In this document: piece after piece, positions 61,679-64,000 of the stretch
Position numbering within the stretch: position 1 is the first letter of the stretch
Layout of the letters: each line of letters begins with the position of its first letter
NCBI GenBank assembly: GCA_034520885.1
Contig: JAXHNE010000005.1
Span: forward strand, 13,748 to 77,747
Reading direction: 5' to 3'
DNA from: Candidatus Saccharimonadota bacterium
GTDB lineage: Bacteria > Patescibacteriota > Saccharimonadia > Saccharimonadales > JAXHNE01
Length of the DNA stretch: 64,000 nt
Position numbers and translations under genes: made by a program
Notes under the pieces: generated by a model
What the model was told of the DNA's origin: nothing
Databases searched by the model: none
What the model saw: only the letters and a program-made list of their open reading frames with translations

Positions 61679-62186
61679 GCGCGTTTTTCAGGCCGAGCTT
61701 GTACCCAATGTAGGCAAATAATAAATGCATCCCGAACCAGATGATTACTATTTGTGCGCAAAGAATGAGCGTAAGCTCGGCAAAAGGAAGCGCGAACACA
61801 ATTCCGCCAAGGATATAGTCGATTTGATCGAAAGGAAACCACTTTTCACCCGAGGCGACGCCTTTTTGCCGCTTAAAAAAGCTTTCCAGCGCATCGCCGA
61901 GGAGCGCTCCGGCGCCCAACGCGACGCCGATAATAAACGACATTTCCGGAAAATCGGCCGGCGCCAGTAGCTGTTGCCCGTGCCCGACGCCGCCGGCAAT
62001 CAGCGCGCCGCACACCACGCCGCGAATGGTTTTGTTATTACCGAGAATCCGAATGCCGCGAAAGGATTTGCCGAAATCCAGCGGAGTATTCCAACGGGTA
62101 ACGAACGGGATTTTATTGATCAGGACAGGGGCGGCGTTGGCCACGCCGGCCGGCAGGAAAAACCACAGCGCGAAAAGCCAGCTCAT
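61671..62186 (-). CDS. CDP-archaeol synthase (CarS, DUF46) family protein
   Basis: 171 aa, polytopic. LPAGVANAAPVL, PLDFGKSFRGIRILGNNKTIRGV, LGDALESFFKRQKG and FPFDQIDY align block by block with my recollection of archaeal CarS (PIDFGK..G.RILGDGKTWRG, FGDL..SFIKRR.G, DQL). Confidence 0.7.
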   Translation of the reverse strand: MSWLFALWFFLPAGVANAAPVLINKIPFVTRWNTPLDFGKSFRGIRILGNNKTIRGVVCGALIAGGVGHGQQLLAPADFPEMSFIIGVALGAGALLGDALESFFKRQKGVASGEKWFPFDQIDYILGGIVFALPFAELTLILCAQIVIIWFGMHLLFAYIGYKLGLKNAPI

Positions 62187-62842
62187 CCCCGATCTCCCTT
62201 TTTGATTTTCTTTTTGGCGCGGTTAAGCTTGGGGTACAAAAGCGCCCGCATGGACGGGCGATTGGTGATCAACTGGCCGGTTTTGATAAGTTCGACCACA
62301 TTATTTTTGCCGGGCCGCTCGGCAAGATCGCTGTAGGTCTTACCCAGGCCTTTATGGCCATGGGCATCGCTGCTAGCCGCTCCGGGTACGTTATTTATCC
62401 GCGACCATACCAGGGCTTGTTCGCCGCGGTTTTGCAAAAACGCCCGGCCGTTACACACTTCGATTAGGTCAATTTCGGCGGTATGTTTTTCAATCGTTTC
62501 CGGATGCAGTCCTTTGCGAACGGTTTCGAACGGATGGGGGACGTAGACGATCCCGTTTTGTTGTTTGATGGCCGAAATGGTGTCGGCCGGCGTTTGATGG
62601 GGCCGCACCTCATTCGTTAAAAATAAGCCGATAATTTCGCCCTCGGTGGTCATGATTTCTTCGCCCACGATAATGCGATCACCAAGCGCTTCGCGGGCTT
62701 TTTGCGCGAAATCAATACGGTTGTGGTCGGTGATGGCGATGTAATCCAGAACGCCGTCCTCCAGCGTTCGTTGGTACTGTTTCAGGGTGATGCCGCCGTC
62801 GTAGGAGTGTTCGGAATGGGTGTGAAGGTCGGTTTTAAACAT
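62183..62842 (-). CDS. PHP-domain metal-dependent phosphoesterase
   Basis: The start is set at ATG 62842 (MFKTDLHTHSEHSYDGG...AITDHN). It shares 1 nt with the upstream stop and has a 4-nt overlap with the downstream gene. Confidence 0.8.
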   Translation of the reverse strand: MFKTDLHTHSEHSYDGGITLKQYQRTLEDGVLDYIAITDHNRIDFAQKAREALGDRIIVGEEIMTTEGEIIGLFLTNEVRPHQTPADTISAIKQQNGIVYVPHPFETVRKGLHPETIEKHTAEIDLIEVCNGRAFLQNRGEQALVWSRINNVPGAASSDAHGHKGLGKTYSDLAERPGKNNVVELIKTGQLITNRPSMRALLYPKLNRAKKKIKKGDRG

Positions 62843-63486
62843 TAGCCGAGCTTTCGATAAATGGCGAACAAACGGGCGAAGGCGGTGTACCACGCGGTGA
62901 CGGCGATAAGCCCGACTGCCAGGGCCAATTCATTTACGAGTAATCCCACGACCAGCGCGAACATTCTGACTTCATAACGCATAAGGCCGTTTTGAAATAG
63001 CCGATTAACTTGATTGGCCGTGAGTGAGCCGTCCTTGACCGCGGTTTCACCCTTGGCTTTGACATAGCTGACCAACAAAGAGCCGCCACAGGCCGCTACC
63101 ACGAGCGCCGCGATAAGTGCCGGAGAATAATCGCCGACCGGCCGGTTGATGAGTGCGTAGGCCGCCCCGATATATAAAATGACCTCCTTCATACGATCGG
63201 TGCTGGCGTCCAAAAGCATGCCACCGGCGGAGGCCTTTTTTTGCAAGCGGGCCAGTTCGCCGTCCAAGGCGTCCATTAATCCGAAAACTACTAATAACCC
63301 GGCGGCCAAAACGTAAGACCCGGTGGCGATGAAATAGGCAATGGGTACGTGCGCTAATAAACTGGTGACGGTCACCATATTGGGGGTTATACTTCCCCCG
63401 GATAAGCGATGTAGTACGCCAGCGATTTGCTTCACTATGTTACGGACGGCGTTTCTTACGGTTTCTAGTGCTCCGCTCATGGACAC
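62842..63486 (-). CDS. CDP-alcohol phosphatidyltransferase family protein
   Basis: Signature DALDGELARLQKKASAGGMLLDASTDRMKE (D-G-x2-A-R-x8-G-x3-D-x3-D) in a polytopic protein. Confidence 0.85.
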   Translation of the reverse strand: MSMSGALETVRNAVRNIVKQIAGVLHRLSGGSITPNMVTVTSLLAHVPIAYFIATGSYVLAAGLLVVFGLMDALDGELARLQKKASAGGMLLDASTDRMKEVILYIGAAYALINRPVGDYSPALIAALVVAACGGSLLVSYVKAKGETAVKDGSLTANQVNRLFQNGLMRYEVRMFALVVGLLVNELALAVGLIAVTAWYTAFARLFAIYRKLG

Positions 63487-63544
63487 TAGTATACTCGACT
63501 GTCGGAAATCATTACAGTATCAGGTGTTTCGGCGTAGCTTCGGT

Positions 63545-64000
63545 TCACGTATTAATACTAAATTCGCTCAATGTTTTTACGGCTTTTCGTACATTTTCTT
63601 CGGCCTTTTCATTTTCTACCACCCCGTTTTTTACATAATCTTTGACTTTGGGGATGGGTATTTCGGCGACGGGGAAAAGTTTTACGCGTAATATATTGAG
63701 TTTTAGCTGGGCTGCGGCCCGCGTTCCGCCCATACCGCCGTAGCCAACAATGGCCGCCGGTTTATTGTGCCACTCGCCAAAGAGCCAGTCGATCGCATTT
63801 TTCAGGGAAGCGGGCGGTCCGTGATTGTACTCCGCGCTGACCAGTATGAAGGCGTCGGAGGCCTTTACCTTTTTTGACCACGTTCGGACGCGTTCGTCCT
63901 CGTACTGTTCGTTGGCCGCGCCGGGAATGGTTTCCTGATTAACGAACGGCAAATCCAGTTCTTTTAAGTCGGCCACCTCGTATTCGGCACCGATGTCGTC
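63545..64000 (-). CDS. NADPH-dependent FMN reductase family flavoprotein; 5' end beyond the window
   Basis: ILVSAEYNHGPPASLKNAIDW is the family motif. The reading frame stays open upstream of the track's GTG (63976) to position 64000 (DDIGAEYEVADLKELDLPF). Confidence 0.75.
   Translation of the reverse strand, partial: DDIGAEYEVADLKELDLPFVNQETIPGAANEQYEDERVRTWSKKVKASDAFILVSAEYNHGPPASLKNAIDWLFGEWHNKPAAIVGYGGMGGTRAAAQLKLNILRVKLFPVAEIPIPKVKDYVKNGVVENEKAEENVRKAVKTLSEFSINT

Overview
This 64-kb chromosomal window covers the replication-origin neighbourhood: rpmH-rnpA-yidC-jag on the minus strand and dnaA-dnaN-recF on the plus strand. The host looks like a small-genome, Gram-positive-type bacterium. 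Its gene content suggests Patescibacteria/CPR, Saccharibacteria-like (inference only): a VirB4/VirB6/PrgI-type T4SS-like locus with six VirB2-like pilin paralogs, ComEC/ComFC, an LPXTG protein and very few metabolic genes. Housekeeping genes recognised: valS, tsaD, a MurE-like ligase, groES/groEL with a perfect CIRCE operator, hsp20, three tRNA-Ser and one tRNA-Arg. Main observations, most unusual first. (1) A family of 7-nt-periodic degenerate repeat tracts. They form reverse-complementary arms around four paralogous four-helix-bundle genes (23S-rRNA-IVS protein / Avd family). One cassette sits between dnaN and recF and three sit inside the T4SS operon. The same tracts also occur as cargo-less hairpins, as arms around a 168-bp non-coding core, and as two in-frame insertions inside tsaD. 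(2) A clear Pup (C-terminus ...QKGGQ) placed after jag in the same orientation (possibly co-transcribed with the rpmH-jag genes) and abutting tail-to-tail a single PafA/Dop homolog, with no proteasome genes in view. (3) A tRNA-Arg-linked islet encoding a TIR-domain protein and a nucleoside 2-deoxyribosyltransferase-like protein. (4) A DUF1524 nuclease - ComEC - lamin-tail-domain cluster. (5) A CDP-alcohol phosphatidyltransferase - PHP - CarS (CDP-archaeol synthase family) operon. (6) Duplicated 3' ends of tsaD (next to a RelE/Phd module) and of dnaA. All calls come from reading the sequence and the ORF track by eye; no database searches were run.
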